Assembly (NCBI GenBank): GCA_964016885.1
Contig: OZ024743.1
Span: 273,978,001-274,042,000, forward strand
Direction of reading: 5' to 3'
From: Eledone cirrhosa
Lineage: Eukaryota
Length of the DNA: 64,000 bases
Made by a program: the position numbers and the translations under genes. Each line of letters begins with the position of its first letter. The stretch's first letter is position 1. This document shows, in pieces, positions 15,365 to 31,261 of the stretch. The notes beneath the pieces were generated by a model. It ran no database searches. It saw nothing but the letters and a program-made list of their open reading frames with translations, and was not told the origin of the DNA.

Positions 15365-16460
15365 TTGAAGAGTAACCAATCTTAAAGAGAGAGATGGAGA
15401 TAGGAGAAGAGAGATTGGTGAATTAGGTAGAAGCCAAAGCGTAAAGGCATGTGCTCAATGTGCAATATACAGTGGAAGGCAGCTAGGTGGCTGGCTTCAT
15501 GGAGGGGTTAGGTGCACAGAGCTGGAAATATTCATTAGTTGAGCAAAACAAGACCACAAATTTCACAAGGAAGACATTATTTAAAGATTGTCAACATAGT
15601 TCTAGTTTAATGTAAGGAATGTAAAGAATAATAATAATATATACACTCACTAACATGGGATATCTCTGCTAGATACCAACCGTTCAATGGACGAAGAAAC
15701 TCTTGTGATTTATGTGATACCGAAGCCTATAACATAACTCTATCACGACCTCTAGCGATTAATGACAGAACGGAGGTAACTATTAGCTGTCAACATCGAA
15801 GGGATAATTCCTTCGCCAACAGAATATTTGACCCAACATAGTCATCTATCCCCACTTTTGCTTATGGCTAATAAGTTAAATAGTTATAGCTAACTTAGAT
15901 TTATAAATTACCTCCCTTACATTGTCTCTCACTTAAACTCATTAGCACTTCTTAACTATAAACGACATACAATTTCTAATTTCTCGAGGAGTTACTTCCC
16001 CTGAAACCACCCTCCAATTAGTAAGATAAATATGTCCTTTGGCGACCATCTTGTTACCCATAGGCAGATCTCACATAATTCAGCCTCGAAAGAAGAATAT
16101 TGCTCGCCTATGGTAGACAATAGATATACCCAGGACACCATAGTGAAATACCAATATATGGAAATTACATTCTTGTAACCATCTTTTTTTACATTAATTT
16201 ATATTCCTTTTGAAGTTCCGATGAACTGCTCCAATTTTACCTAAGTTAATTATCTTCAACTGAACCAGATCAATAATGATCTATAATCATTTGATCCAGA
16301 AACATTATATGGAGTAGCGAAACAATTGTAAACGGACATTATTAGTATTATTATTATTATTATTATTTACATTCTTTACATTAAACTAAAACTATGTTGA
16401 CAATCTTTTAATAATGTCTTCCTTGTGAAATGTGTGGTCTTGTTTTGCTAAACTAATCAA
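15362..16460 (+). mobile_element. non-coding PLE-type unit with inverted terminal segments and a hammerhead
   Basis: ~15543-15640 is the reverse complement of ~16350-16448. TA tracts lie on both sides, with a hammerhead at 16215-16333 and no long ORF. Confidence 0.65.
16215..16333 (+). ncRNA. type I hammerhead ribozyme, CCGAUGA (U4C) core, long stem II
   Basis: GUU-CCGAUGA(16218-24)-a-CUGCUCCA...UGGAGUAG-c-GAAA(16319-22)-CAAUUG-UA/AAC; palindromic stem III. Confidence 0.6.
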
Positions 16461-16546
16461 TATATATATATATAGATAGATAGATAAATATATAATGTAT
16501 AAATATATATATATATATATATATATAGATAGATAAATATATAATG

Positions 16547-16596
<50 letters not shown>

Positions 16597-16630
16597 AAAG
16601 TTCTATTTAAAATTGTTGGGATACAACAAG

Positions 16631-18022
16631 TAAATTACGCATTTAAACATACCGACCTAACTAGCAATTAAATGCACATTATATTATCGGCAAGGAAAAC
16701 ATTGATAGAATTTAATAACCAACTATGGACTAGGGCAGATAGAGATAATAATTTCGACATAACTATGGGATCATCTGACTCAGCTCAGGTAACGGACCTT
16801 GTGGGCCTATTTATAATTAATTCGCTACATAGAAAAATACCAGGTGTAACCGGAGGATTATATCGTGATGACATGCTTTTACTTATTGAAAATAATAGCT
16901 GTGAACTAAATAGAAAAAGAAAACAAATTATACAATTTTTTAATTACCTTAATCTAAAAATAGAAATAGAGAATAACCATAGAATAGTCAATTTTCTGGA
17001 TGTAACACTAAATCTCAACACATGTCTTCACTATCCATTTCACAAACTAAATGAGAACTTGAATTATGTCAATTTTAACTCTAATCACCCCAGATCTGTT
17101 AAAAATACTATAGTGAACTCTGTTCAAGTACGAGTTTCAAGAATTTCATCTAATAAAAATATTTTTGATGAAAAAGCGCAGTATTACAATGAAGCGTTAG
17201 CTAGAGCAGGATATAGAGATAAAATTAAATACATCGATAATAATAAGCAAACTAACCAAAATAATAACAATTTTAATTACGGTAACAACTTTAACAACTA
17301 TAATAGAAAACATTACAATAATTCCAAAAGCCGAAAAAGAAATAGAAGTAGAAATATATTATGGTCCCCCCCCCTTCTCACTAAATATTAAAACCCATAT
17401 TGCTAAACTATTCTTTATTGCTCTTGACAAACGCTTCCCTAGAACACATAAATATCACTCAATTTTTAATAGACACACTATAAAATTAACTTATTCGTCC
17501 ACCAAAAGTTTAGCACAAAATATTAACAGAATTAATAATAGGAATTTAAAACCTAACCAATATACCAATAATAACCCAAACAATATTCAATTAAATAACT
17601 GTAACTGTAGAAATAAATCTAACTGTCCGTTAAATAACAACTGCTTAGCTAAAAATGTAGTGTACAATTGTAATGTTAAAACTAATTTAAATTCTTTCAA
17701 CTATCTTGGTTCCACCTCGACAGAATTTAAACTTCGCTTCAATAATCATAAGAATTCTTTCACAGATCCAAACAAAAAATCCTCAACTTCGCTATCTAGC
17801 CTACTCTGGCACCTTAAACGAGATAATGTTAAATATTCGATGATTTGGAATATTGTCTCTATTCCTTTTAATTCCTCATCAGAGAGTTGCGATCTTTGTA
17901 TAGAAGAAATATTCTTTATATTAAAGTCCAAAAATTCCCTTAATTTAAGGAGCAATTTATTCAGTTGCTGCAGACATAGATTGAACTCAACGTTTAAATA
18001 TAAATATGAATTTAAAATGTAG
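16631..18022 (+). pseudogene. PLE reverse transcriptase + GIY-YIG endonuclease, frameshifted near 17370
   Basis: FDITMGSSDSAQVTDLVGL, GGLYRDD, NFLDVTL, YVNFNSNHP, CNCR..CPL..C, VVY..C..YLGST..FKLRFNNH, CDLC..E, CRH. Confidence 0.9.
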
Positions 18023-19407
18023 TATAATTAATTAAGAAATTTAGTTAATATATGAAACCTGACGATAAATCATTAGATTCCTTCACCTTTTTTCTTTTTA
18101 AATTTTCTTCCTAAATACAAACAAGGATATAATAAACTACTCTAAAATGTATATGCTCCCAATGTATTAAATAAAATTTACATAAGATAAATTTCTATAC
18201 TAAATATAAGGGCATCCGTAGAATCACTGGGTCTTCTAAATCTTTTAAATTATTTTTATTTTTTTAATTTGTTTTTTGACTCTGATAGCTTCTAATAACT
18301 TTCATATGTCTACCCTTGCAATATCTTGTTTGATATATAGGTAGGATAGATTTCTATAAATATATAAAACATATTATTTTAACTTGAGATACTCTATAGT
18401 GTGTTAAAGATATTTAATGCTTTGATATTTCTGTATTAATATATTGATATTTGATTATCTCTATACAAAGGCCATTTGTGTGTATTAACATGCATATAAA
18501 GGGTATATAGAGTTTATTTATGTGTTCGTATATATGTCTGTATATATGCATAACGATGCTGGAAAACTCAGGCAGATATTTATTTATACATATGTATGTG
18601 TATGTATGGTTGTGTGTGTATATGTTGATGTGCGTTGCAGATATGCATAATATTGAATACATGAACGGTATTCATGTATATGCGGACATGAATATTAATC
18701 GTATTTTTTAATGTATATATACTGTGAAATTTTTATAACACAAAAAATGTATAGAGGTGATCAAGTGAAATCATTTGTATGTCTATATTATTGACTGGAG
18801 TAGACATAATTTTCTCTTTTTTCTGGACGTACATATGCGTGTATATATATATACATATGTGTATCCGTATTTTTATAAATATGGTATGTTTTGAAGGTTT
18901 TAACTCAGATTTTGGTATATTGACCTCAAGGTTTTAAACTAAACATATGGTCATTATTGAACAATGTTATTTTCTCAGATTATATATCTATGTCTCATTC
19001 ATGAATATTGATATTTACATGTTTATTATTCATTTCATATGAATTGTTAATTCAACTTAATATGACATGACGTAAAGTTGTGACTATATCCTCCTCTCTC
19101 TTGAGTTTCTCTATCTGTGTGATGAATTATTATCTCTCTGTTGCTTTCTTTTATCTTTCTTATTTCTTTCTTATTTCTTTCTGTTTCATTTCCTCCTATC
19201 TATTTATATATATCTTTCTTTTCTGCATACATTCCTTTTCTCTCTCTCCTTCTTTTTCTCTCTCCTTCTCTCTCTCCGTTTTTTTTTCTAACTGTGCTTA
19301 ACACTATAACTAATAAAATAATTATAAACATCTCACTATCCAAACAGCTTCCAAAAATAATGGTCGCATCTAATAGGGTACGACAAAATTATTTATAAAA
19401 CTGTTTA

Positions 19408-19485
19408 TATATTGTATTTTGTCTGATGAAGACATACCATATTTTAATTTGGTATACCTGAAATATGTATAATGAAATAAATATG
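19408..19485 (+). ncRNA. type I hammerhead ribozyme in PLE 3' pLTR
   Basis: CUGAUGA at 19423-29; stem II AUACCA/UGGUAU; GAAA at 19460-63; stem III UAUGUA; UA cleavage site; stem I UAUUUUGU/AUGAAAUA. Confidence 0.7.
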
Positions 19486-19519
19486 GTTTTATAAATATAG
19501 TTTCCATTTATTTAATATC

Positions 19520-19567
<48 letters not shown>

Positions 19568-19572
<5 letters not shown>

Positions 19573-19893
19573 ATTAAATAAATGGAAAACTATATTTATA
19601 AAACCATATTTATTTCATTATATATATTTCGGGGATATCATATTAACAATATGCTATGCCTTCATCAGACAAAATACAATATAAACAGTTTTATAGATAA
19701 ATATATTCGACATACCGTAATAAACATCAACTTCATTTGAAGAGGTTTATATATATAATGAAATAAATATGGTTTTATAAATATAGTTTTCCATTTATTT
19801 AATATTGTAAATATACTCCAAGTATTTGTCGAGTGCTTTTATATCAGTTATAAATATTTACTAGTTGTAACCCAACAATTTTAAATATAACTT

Positions 19894-19900
<7 letters not shown>
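19568..19900. mobile_element. inverted + direct pLTR fragments of the 16594 PLE family, with a minus-strand hammerhead at 19606-19682
   Basis: 19570-19695 is an inverted copy of 19395-19518. Minus strand reads CUGAUGA-AGGCAUAGCAUAUU..AAUAUGAUAUCCCC-GAAA-UAUAUA-UA. Confidence 0.75.
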
Positions 19901-19944
<44 letters not shown>

Positions 19945-19981
19945 ATATATGTATATATATATGTGTATATATACATATATG

Positions 19982-20118
<137 letters not shown>

Positions 20119-20199
20119 TATATATATTACATTATATATATATGTATATATATAATGTATATATATATTTTTTTTCTTTAGGTCGTTTTAGAAGCCTCA

Positions 20200-20775
20200 A
20201 CAATGCAGATGGGTAATTCTCCGGGTAACAAGATTCTGTGGTGGAGAGAGAGATGTAAGTGAATGTATATTGAGATGTATAGTGTGTAGAAGAACGTAGG
20301 AAAGAGTGTAAAAAATAAAAATAATAACACGAGATAGAGTTACCTTGGGAGAGATTTAATTATCCCTATATATTTCGGATTCAGAACTGGGGGGGGGGGG
20401 TCCTTGAGGTTGTCTGTCGGAAAAGTGCGAAACGTATCCTCACCTGTTCGTTGTTTTGAATATCGAGATATTTGTTTTGAATATCGAGATATTTGTTTTG
20501 AATATTGAGATATTCAAAACAACGAACAGCGGAGGACACCTTTCGCAACTTTCCGACAGACAACCCATCGAAAATAACCCACTTGATGGATGTGAATCCC
20601 AAATATATAGGGACAATTAAATCTCTCCCAAGGTAACCCTATCTTGTGTTATTGTTTCTATTTTTTACGCTCTTTCCTACTTTCTTCTACACACTATACA
20701 TCTCAATATACATTCACTTACATCTCTCTCTCCACCACCGGATCTTGTTACTCGGAGAATTACCCATCTGCAAAA
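20200..20775. repeat. imperfect fold-back element with 3 x 21-bp tandem repeat at its centre
   Basis: ~20205-20385 is inverted relative to ~20590-20772, and ~20405-20465 relative to ~20509-20565. TTGTTTTGAATATCGAGATAT x3 at 20451-20513. TA-flanked. Confidence 0.8.
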
Positions 20776-20836
20776 CTACTTAAAGAAAATTTATCTTATT
20801 ATTGCACAATGCTTCAAGCAAACTTCAATACTCTCA

Positions 20837-20868
<32 letters not shown>

Positions 20869-20869
20869 C

Positions 20870-20908
<39 letters not shown>

Positions 20909-20916
<8 letters not shown>

Positions 20917-21481
20917 ATACTTTGGGAGGGTCATGTTGCCAATAAGAAACACACGCACCAGTTGCTTTCACTTCAATTTAATTTAATATATATTTATAAA
21001 TTTACAAATTTATAAATTTCTGGTTGGTTGGTTGGTTCCACAACCAGATAGTTGTTTATATATATATAGTCATAGTTCTTTCGTCACACACTCTGTGACC
21101 TCTTCAGTGACTGGGGATTTCTTTCTTCGTTTCTGTGCCTTTCCTTTCTTCTATCCTACGCCATTTTTGAAAAATGGCGTAGGATAGAAGAAAGGAAAGG
21201 CACAGAAACGAAGAAAGAAATCCCCAGTCACTGAAGAGGTCACAGAGTGTGTGACGAAAGAACTATGACTATATATATATAAACAACTATCTGGTTGTGG
21301 AACCAACCAACCAACCAGAAATTTATAAATTTGTAAATTTATAAATATATATTAAATTAAATTGAAGTGAAAGCAACTGGTGCGTGTGTTTCTTATTGGC
21401 AACATGACCCTCCCAAAGTATAACAATATCGGTTTCAACACACGATTTCAGATAAAGAATCTTGCTAAACAAATTCAGAAA

Positions 21482-21484
<3 letters not shown>
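20909..21484. mobile_element. head-to-head pLTR palindrome (260-bp arms, 1-nt spacer at 21169) with a minimal hammerhead in each arm
   Basis: Arms at 20909-21168 and 21170-21429, with an extra ~55-bp tail on the right arm. Hammerhead AGUCA-CUGAAGA-g-GUCACA..UGUGAC-GAAA-GAAC-UA-UGACU at 21226-21270 (+) and 21068-21112 (-). Confidence 0.85.
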
Positions 21485-21540
<56 letters not shown>

Positions 21541-21541
21541 C

Positions 21542-21609
<68 letters not shown>

Positions 21610-21642
21610 CATTATATAATATATATATATATATATATAAAT

Positions 21643-21706
<64 letters not shown>

Positions 21707-21761
21707 GTAGTTTTTTTTTTACAAAATGAAAAATAACCGAGGTGTCCTACACGAGTGGAAG

Positions 21762-22385
21762 TATAAAGAAAAAGGGATGAAATCGAAAATGCAACTGAAG
21801 TCTTATTTTTTCTTAAAAATATATATATTTATTTGGTTCCTTTACCGGTTTCGCAGTTCTTCTGCTTTTCAAAAGGTGAGTTGAGATGGAGGGTCTGTGG
21901 TTTTTCTCACATCTGGTTGGTCTCTAAATGTTACTTGTTTTATATGGAAAAACTGGCTCGAAAACCAGGTTTTTCGAGAAGTAATTTGATTGGTTTGTCA
22001 ATAATTATAATAAATTTCGCGCCAGTTCGCGTTACAATAGTTCTTCAAATAAGAGAGGGGGGGGTTGTCACAGGTTGTTTTTTCATATATGAGTGTTTGA
22101 ATTTCTTTTTACTTGAAAAAATGAGGCTCACGAAGGCTTTTTTTTGGTTGGTTATAAATGAAATTTGCCTGTCACGTGAACAAGTTTTCATTACATTTTT
22201 GCGCCCTTATTTGGAAAACTATTCTGTAGTCTATAGTGAATGTTATGATAATGGAGAGATAGTGGTCAAGGGAAAAGGGATTGGGAGAAATGTTCTGGTT
22301 CAGTGAATATGGCCAGCTGTCAGAGTTCAGGTGTCAGAGTTCAGATTTTCTATTGAGACTGAAGATATGTGTTTATTTGTGTGCT

Positions 22386-22418
<33 letters not shown>

Positions 22419-23089
22419 ATGTGTGTATTGGAAGATGATTCTATTAGTAGAGATGGGGGAGGGAGTTGTGTGTGTGTGTATATGGGTGTTATGTGTGTGT
22501 GTGCGAGTATGTTAGATAGAGAGAATATATATTTTTTGTGTGTGTGTATATATATATGTGTGTAGGAAAGTGGTTCTATTAGTAGAAATGGGGAGGGTGT
22601 TGTAGGTGTGGGGGTTTTTATGTGTGTGGGAGTATGGTTAGCATGTTAAGATGAAGAGAATATATATATATATATATATATTGTGTGTGTGTATGTGTGT
22701 GTGTAGGAAAATGATTCCTTTAGTAGGAATATTTTTGAATGAACATATTTTCCTGACTTTTTCGTGTTTGCTGTTGTATTGCCAGTGCAAACGTATGTTT
22801 AAGGTTTATTTAGTTCGAACTTGAAGAACTATTGTAACGCGAACTGGCGCGAAATTTATTATAATTATTGACAAACCAATCAAATTACTTCTCGAAAAAC
22901 CTGGTTTTCGAGCCAGTTTTTCCATATAAAACAAGTAACATTTAGAGACCAACCAGATGTGAGAAAAACCACAGACCCTCCATCTCAACTCACCTTTTGA
23001 ACTGCGAAACTGGTAAAGGAACCAAATAAATATATATATTTTTAAGAAAAAATAAGACTTCAGTTGCATTTTCGATTTCATCCCTTTTT

Positions 23090-23095
<6 letters not shown>
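21762..23095. mobile_element. TA-flanked element with ~280-bp terminal inverted repeats
   Basis: ~21762-22048 and ~22821-23095 are near-identical inverted copies (the same peptide appears in ORFs 21833+ and 23081-). The interior is low-complexity. Confidence 0.8.
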
Positions 23096-23154
<59 letters not shown>

Positions 23155-23155
<1 letters not shown>

Positions 23156-23488
23156 GATATTAACAAATGGAAACTATATTTATAAAACCATATTTATTTC
23201 ATTGTACATATTTCAAGGATAGCAAGTTAAATTATGGTATGCCTTCATAAGACAAAATACAATATATACGAGTTTTATAAATAAACATTGACGTACCCTT
23301 TCAACATGCAACCGTTACTTTTGGAAGACATCAGGATAGTTGAAATATGTATAATGAAATAAATATGGTTTTATAAATATAGTTTCCATTTGTTAATATC
23401 GTATATCTACTCCAAATACTTGTCGAGTGCTTTATATCAGTTATAAAAATATTTGCTTGTTGTATCCCAACAATTTAAATAGAACTTT

Positions 23489-23493
<5 letters not shown>
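23155..23493. mobile_element. fold-back pLTR fragment of the 16594 PLE family
   Basis: 23155-23214 is inverted relative to 23341-23401; homologous to 19570-19900; hammerhead core mutated (CUUAUGA). Confidence 0.75.
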
Positions 23494-23559
<66 letters not shown>

Positions 23560-23584
23560 TATATATTATGTATATATATATATA

Positions 23585-24300
23585 AAAATGAAAAAGATGA
23601 AATTTAATTTCTCACTCTTAGTACGGCTGATACTTAAATATAAGTATGTATACGTACATACATATATGTATACAGACGTACAGTAGTATGTATATACCTA
23701 CATACATGCACACATATATATATATGTACGTATGGGTTTACCGAACATTTATTATAATGCTCAGTTTGTTTGTAAACAAACAGCCCGATTTATTAGCCGT
23801 ACAGTGTTCGGCAACCATCGTTGCCATTTTGTTCAACACTGACAAAGGAACGATGTACTAGTTTCTAGCTTATTATCTATCATCAGCATCATATACCTTC
23901 CTGTCAGTCGATTGAGCGTTTCAAAGTGTATACTTTCCTTATGCATATTAACGGCTGAGCAGCCTAAATTTGCATATCGAGTGAGTTAGTCGTACCGAAG
24001 AAGATAAATTAGGCTGCTCAGCCGTTAATATGCATAAGGAAAGTATATACTTTGAAACGTTCAATTAACTGACAGGAAGGTATACGGGGCTGATGTTAGA
24101 TAATAAGCTAGAAACTAGTCCATCATTCCTTTGTCAGTGTTGAACAAAATGGCAACGATGGTTGCCGAGCACTGTACGGCTAATAATTCGGGCTGTTTCT
24201 TTACAAACAAACCGGGCATTATAATAAATGTTCGGTAAACCCATACGTACATATATATATATATATATATGTGTGCATGTAACTATGTATATACATACTA

Positions 24301-24305
<5 letters not shown>
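23585..24305. mobile_element. head-to-head palindrome of the Naiad-associated pLTR family
   Basis: Arms at ~23665-23970 and 24006-24305 with a ~35-nt spacer; same family at 38528, 54060, 55350 and 62535. Confidence 0.85.
23852..23890 (-). ncRNA. minimal type I hammerhead ribozyme, canonical core
   Basis: GAUG-CUGAUGA-UAG(AUAAUAAG)CUA-GAAA-CUAG-UA-CAUC; palindromic stem III ACUAGU, as in dimer-cleaving PLE hammerheads. Confidence 0.8.
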
Positions 24306-24389
<84 letters not shown>

Positions 24390-24877
24390 TATATACATAC
24401 AATTACTCTGAATCTGACCAAACATGTATTTTTATCTCTATCTATCTATCTATGTATCTCTCTGCATACATATCTGGAGCATAACATAATGAATGGTGAC
24501 TGGAAAAAAGAATATTTCTATAGAAACTAAAAACAAACACCGATTATCATACGAGTTTTCATACAAGTCACACAAAAATACACAATTTTTCGCTGCTCTA
24601 ATTTGATTTCAGCATTGAGATAGCTATATTTAGAACCGTAACAACACCTTGCCAACGGCAATTTAACCACATCATATTAAATCATTTTCCCGACCTCTTT
24701 TTGATTATACCTTTTATAACGTTAAGCAGAACTTTCACATATTTACAGTGAATATATGCACACAACTTCTGAGAGCAATGTTATATATGTGTATATATAT
24801 ATATTTATATATATATATATATATATATACTTATATATGTATATGTATATATACTTTTATATATATATATGTATGTA

Positions 24878-24935
<58 letters not shown>

Positions 24936-24980
24936 TAGGTATGAATATATATATATATATATATACATATATATATGTGC

Positions 24981-25033
<53 letters not shown>

Positions 25034-26529
25034 TATTACCAATAAAGGGCTTCACATTTTCTCATTCTACATATATATATATATATATATGTAGAATGAG
25101 AAAATGTGAAGTAGTTTCAGATGTTCAAGTCCTTTAATGATAATGATGTGATACATAATTCAATGACGACAGTGGTCACACAATTCCATGTACCCAGTGC
25201 TGTGACATCATCAGACAACTTCTTATATACGGTTACGTTCTCAAGTCAATCCAAACAGAAACAACAAGGGAAAGGACAAGGTGTGTGTTCTTGGAACACT
25301 TGGCGCAAACGAAAGCTGGCTCCCCGCTACACCAAACTCACCAAAAGCTAGTCTAGGCATGTCCCCACCCCCCACCCCCGCGCCACCTCCGACCAAACGA
25401 CCACCCCGTCCAGGTTTGTAATATGACGCTGTTAAAGTATATTGCGAGTAGCAGCTAACCGAAATCTAGTGGTGGTGGCAGAGTATAAGTTCCAATAGGC
25501 CTTAATACTACCTCTTATCTCTGCCTGGACAATGGGGTTGACCATCCGCGCTATGAGAATATAAATTTCTAGATATTTTGGTTTCACAGTGGAAATTCAA
25601 AATTAAACGTTGAAACCTTCATTGAAGTGAATAAAAAATATGTATATAAAGACTAAATAGTAAATAGGGAGATGTTTAAATTAAAGTTAGATGTTTAGAA
25701 AAGGGGGTCAATATTGGATACTTAAGATATATTATCAATATATTGAACGATAGTACAGTATAGTAGAACAGAAGATAAATTAAGGTATGAAACGTAGTAA
25801 TTAGGTAAATAATTAGCTAATATCTTCTACCACATGAATCAAAACAAAACCAAAGGAAAGGCACATAGATGAAAAATGGAAGAGGGAACATGTGTGAGAA
25901 AAAATATGAGAAAAAAAATATATATGAGAAAGGTAAACATGCGTATCGGTATGGAGCTGAAAGTAGAAGTGGTGGAAATATTTGTCAATTTGACCATGAA
26001 AAGCGCATATTAAAATTCGTTGTCGGGTGGACAGAGGGGGGCCCTAGTGTAAAATGCAAGTTGTGCAGGAAAATAAGAGCTTTTACGTTGAATTCAGGTC
26101 TGCTTATTTTACTGAGTGAAAGATTGTTTACAATTTTACGTTCATCCAGTAGTAGAGATGTCCATGGTAGAGGGAACTGCCGGGTGTAGCTGATTGTTGT
26201 TGCCTTCACTTCTTTACTATATTGGTGACACCATAAAGCGTTCTACATAAATCTTACGGCAAATATTGATGCAAATCAAATCAAGCACTCGACGCATTTT
26301 TTCCACATAGGAAAAACGGTTATATATATGTATATATATATATATACATATGTAGGATGTGAGTAATATTATAGAGCAATAAAACTATGCATATATCAGA
26401 TAAGTAGCACTCAACAGTTGGTAGAACAGGAGTATATATTAAAGAAGAAATTAAAAGATGGTTAAAAAAGTTCCATATATTTTAATAAAATATTTGGAAC
26501 TTTTTTAACCATCATTTAATTTCTTCTTT

Positions 26530-26568
<39 letters not shown>

Positions 26569-26689
26569 ATGTATATGTATATGTATGTATATGTATATAT
26601 ATATGTGTGTGTGTGTATGTATATGTGTGTATATGTATATATATATATGTGTGTATGTATATATATATATATGTGTGTGTATATATATA

Positions 26690-27555
26690 TATTTAAAATA
26701 ATTAAGTCAAATATATAAAATTTGGCTTCATTTATTACAAATTATAGATATACTGCTATATATATCACGGCGACAACCATCATTGGCTGTGACCTCTTCA
26801 GGCAGTCCAAATTGGTGTAGGAAAGACAGGTGCACATGTTTTTGAAGTGTGGTTTACTCCGTCAATCCATCGATATGTCCAGCTCCTGGTTGTGTTGTTA
26901 TTTCTCTGAGGAACTGGAATCATATGTGTTAGAGCAAACAAATTTCTGCGTCATAGGACACGCTCGCATCACATTGGTCAATTGTAAGAACATTCCTCAG
27001 TCAAAAGTCTATAGAAATTTTTCTGAGGCAAGACAATCTGTTGTAGTAGTTTTTGTTTAAGTACAGTTGACCTCCTCCATTGTGTTGGTAGTGGTAGTGG
27101 TGTTGAGGGATCAGCTGGCAGGTCAGCTTTAGTGTACTGTTGCTATGTTCAGAATAATTAGTGTGTATAGGTTGGCATCTATCCTGCCAGCATTTCACGT
27201 GGTGGGGGGTGCCAAACAAATAAAAAAATAAAAAAATGCGTGTGTGTTACAACCAATATCAAAACTACAAAGATTTAAAAAATATTAGAAAAATATTAAC
27301 TGAAGTAGAAAACCTGTGTGTCAGAATCGAGAAGTGGTGCGTTTTAAGAAAAAATGAGATAAAAGTGGAGTGTAAAACACCAAAACGTGAGTGTCAAAAT
27401 CCGGAAATGCAAGGGACTACAGTTCTTATTTCGGCCAAAGTACATATGCGTGTATGTCTACGCACATCGTTGCAAGCACACACGCACACACAGAGGCTCA
27501 GGTGCATTCCATATGTATATATATATACACACACTAACACATACACACATTATAT

Positions 27556-27592
<37 letters not shown>

Positions 27593-28836
27593 CATATAAG
27601 TATCTATGTATGTATAATTTTAAACAATAGTATCTATGTATGGACATATGTATAAGTATGTGTTTCTATAGGAGTCGATCGAGGCAGGAGTAGGGGTGGT
27701 GAGTGTGTAGGTTTACCTTGGGCTCGGTGTGGCGGGGCTACTTTCCCTATAGTTTGAAGGAATTTCCCATCCCAATGTGTTGGTATTGTCCATATAGCTT
27801 GAAGAAGGTCCCGGCCCTGATGTGTCTACATGGCCCTAAGAGGTCGGTCATCTGCAAACTATGTCGGAACGAGGGTCTCGTTCAGAAATAGTTTGCAGAT
27901 GCCAGATCCGCCTCTATCAGTTGGTACTTTCCTGATTTTGGACAAGGCCAGAGAGTACGGGGTCCTGTCCAGCTTGAGCTTCCAGATCAGTTCAGAAAGA
28001 GCCGTGTTTTTCCTTTTGTCCTCCCTATTAAAGGAATGGCGATGGTTTGACCATCGGTCTTTGAAGCTCGTTGATGTGGGTCCTATGTAAAGGTGCTCAA
28101 AGTTGGGTTTTTTCTCTACATCCGTATATTAAGTTCTTTCATTCACATTCATTATTAAGGGGGTGTAATGTGGGGGTTCTGCAGTTGCAGGAGGTGGTTA
28201 CACCTAAGTGCCTAATGTGAGGTTCCCGTTGCGTATTATAGGGTGGTCTTCACCTGGGCCCGGTGTGTGGTCCCTGGGTCTGTTTGGGTTCACAGGGTGG
28301 GACCAGGTCCACCCTTCCTTCCTTCCACATGGCTCTGCTGGGTGCTTATATTGCCAGCTTCTGGATGTGTGTTGTTTCTAAGTCTACCCCTATTGCTGCT
28401 AGCTATGTGCTGGGCTGTGTTGCGTGTGGTAGAATACGAGAGCTTTACAGTGTGTCTGTTGAAGATCTTGTGGTATCTATGGTCCCTCGGGAAGAATTTA
28501 TCTAATGCTCTAAAGAATGACTGGGCCAGGCTGTTCTTTGGGGCCGCTGAGTAGGGTGGGTTATACCACGTGATTTTTCTACGTTTATTCCTATGTGGGT
28601 GGCGTGAGCATGCTGTGGGCTATTGGGGAGTTGTTGGGTTGCTAGTGGTTCCCGCATTGTTGCTTCCTCTTTGGGCGCTATGTGTTTTGCTAGCTTCCCG
28701 GCCCGTACCTGTGGGGTGGTTATTTTTTATTTGTTTGGCACACACCTCGCACCACCATGTTGGTGGCAGGATATGTGCCAACCTATGCACATAAATTCTT
28801 TTGAACATAGCAGCAGTAGACTAAAGCTGACCTGTC
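26690..28836 (-). mobile_element. 5'-truncated PLE (GIY-YIG region) with inverted 5' segment and degenerate 3' hammerhead
   Basis: Minus strand 28590-27800 encodes RKITWYNPPYS..LDKFFP..HRYHKIFNRHTVKLSYS, SCNCR, HLYIGPTSTSFKDRWSNH, LSELIWKLK, CRH. 28722-28836 is inverted relative to 27117-27230. ACUGC-CUGAAGA..stem II..GUGA-UAUAUA-UA-GCAGU at 26752-26816. Confidence 0.8.
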
Positions 28837-28849
28837 ATATATATATAAA

Positions 28850-31261
<2,412 letters not shown>

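Larger units (their letters stand above)
16594..19510 (+). mobile_element. 5'-truncated Penelope-like element (YRDD-type RT, GIY-YIG) with long 3' UTR/pLTR and a short inverted pLTR tip at the 5' end
   Basis: ORF remnants at 16672-18022 and a hammerhead at 19408-19485. 16594-16630 is the reverse complement of the pLTR end seen at 23455-23493. TA-flanked. Confidence 0.85.

Noticed and set aside
14488-15379. Many YI/IY/VC-rich ORFs here and throughout the window
   Set aside because: Translations of (TA)n/(TG)n microsatellites, which lack stop codons; not genes.
20451-20513. CRISPR-like direct repeats
   Set aside because: Contiguous tandem units with no spacers; eukaryotic context.
21833-22306. 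157-aa ORF sharing a peptide with the ORF at 22806-23081
   Set aside because: The shared peptide only reflects the inverted repeat; no domain similarity recognised.
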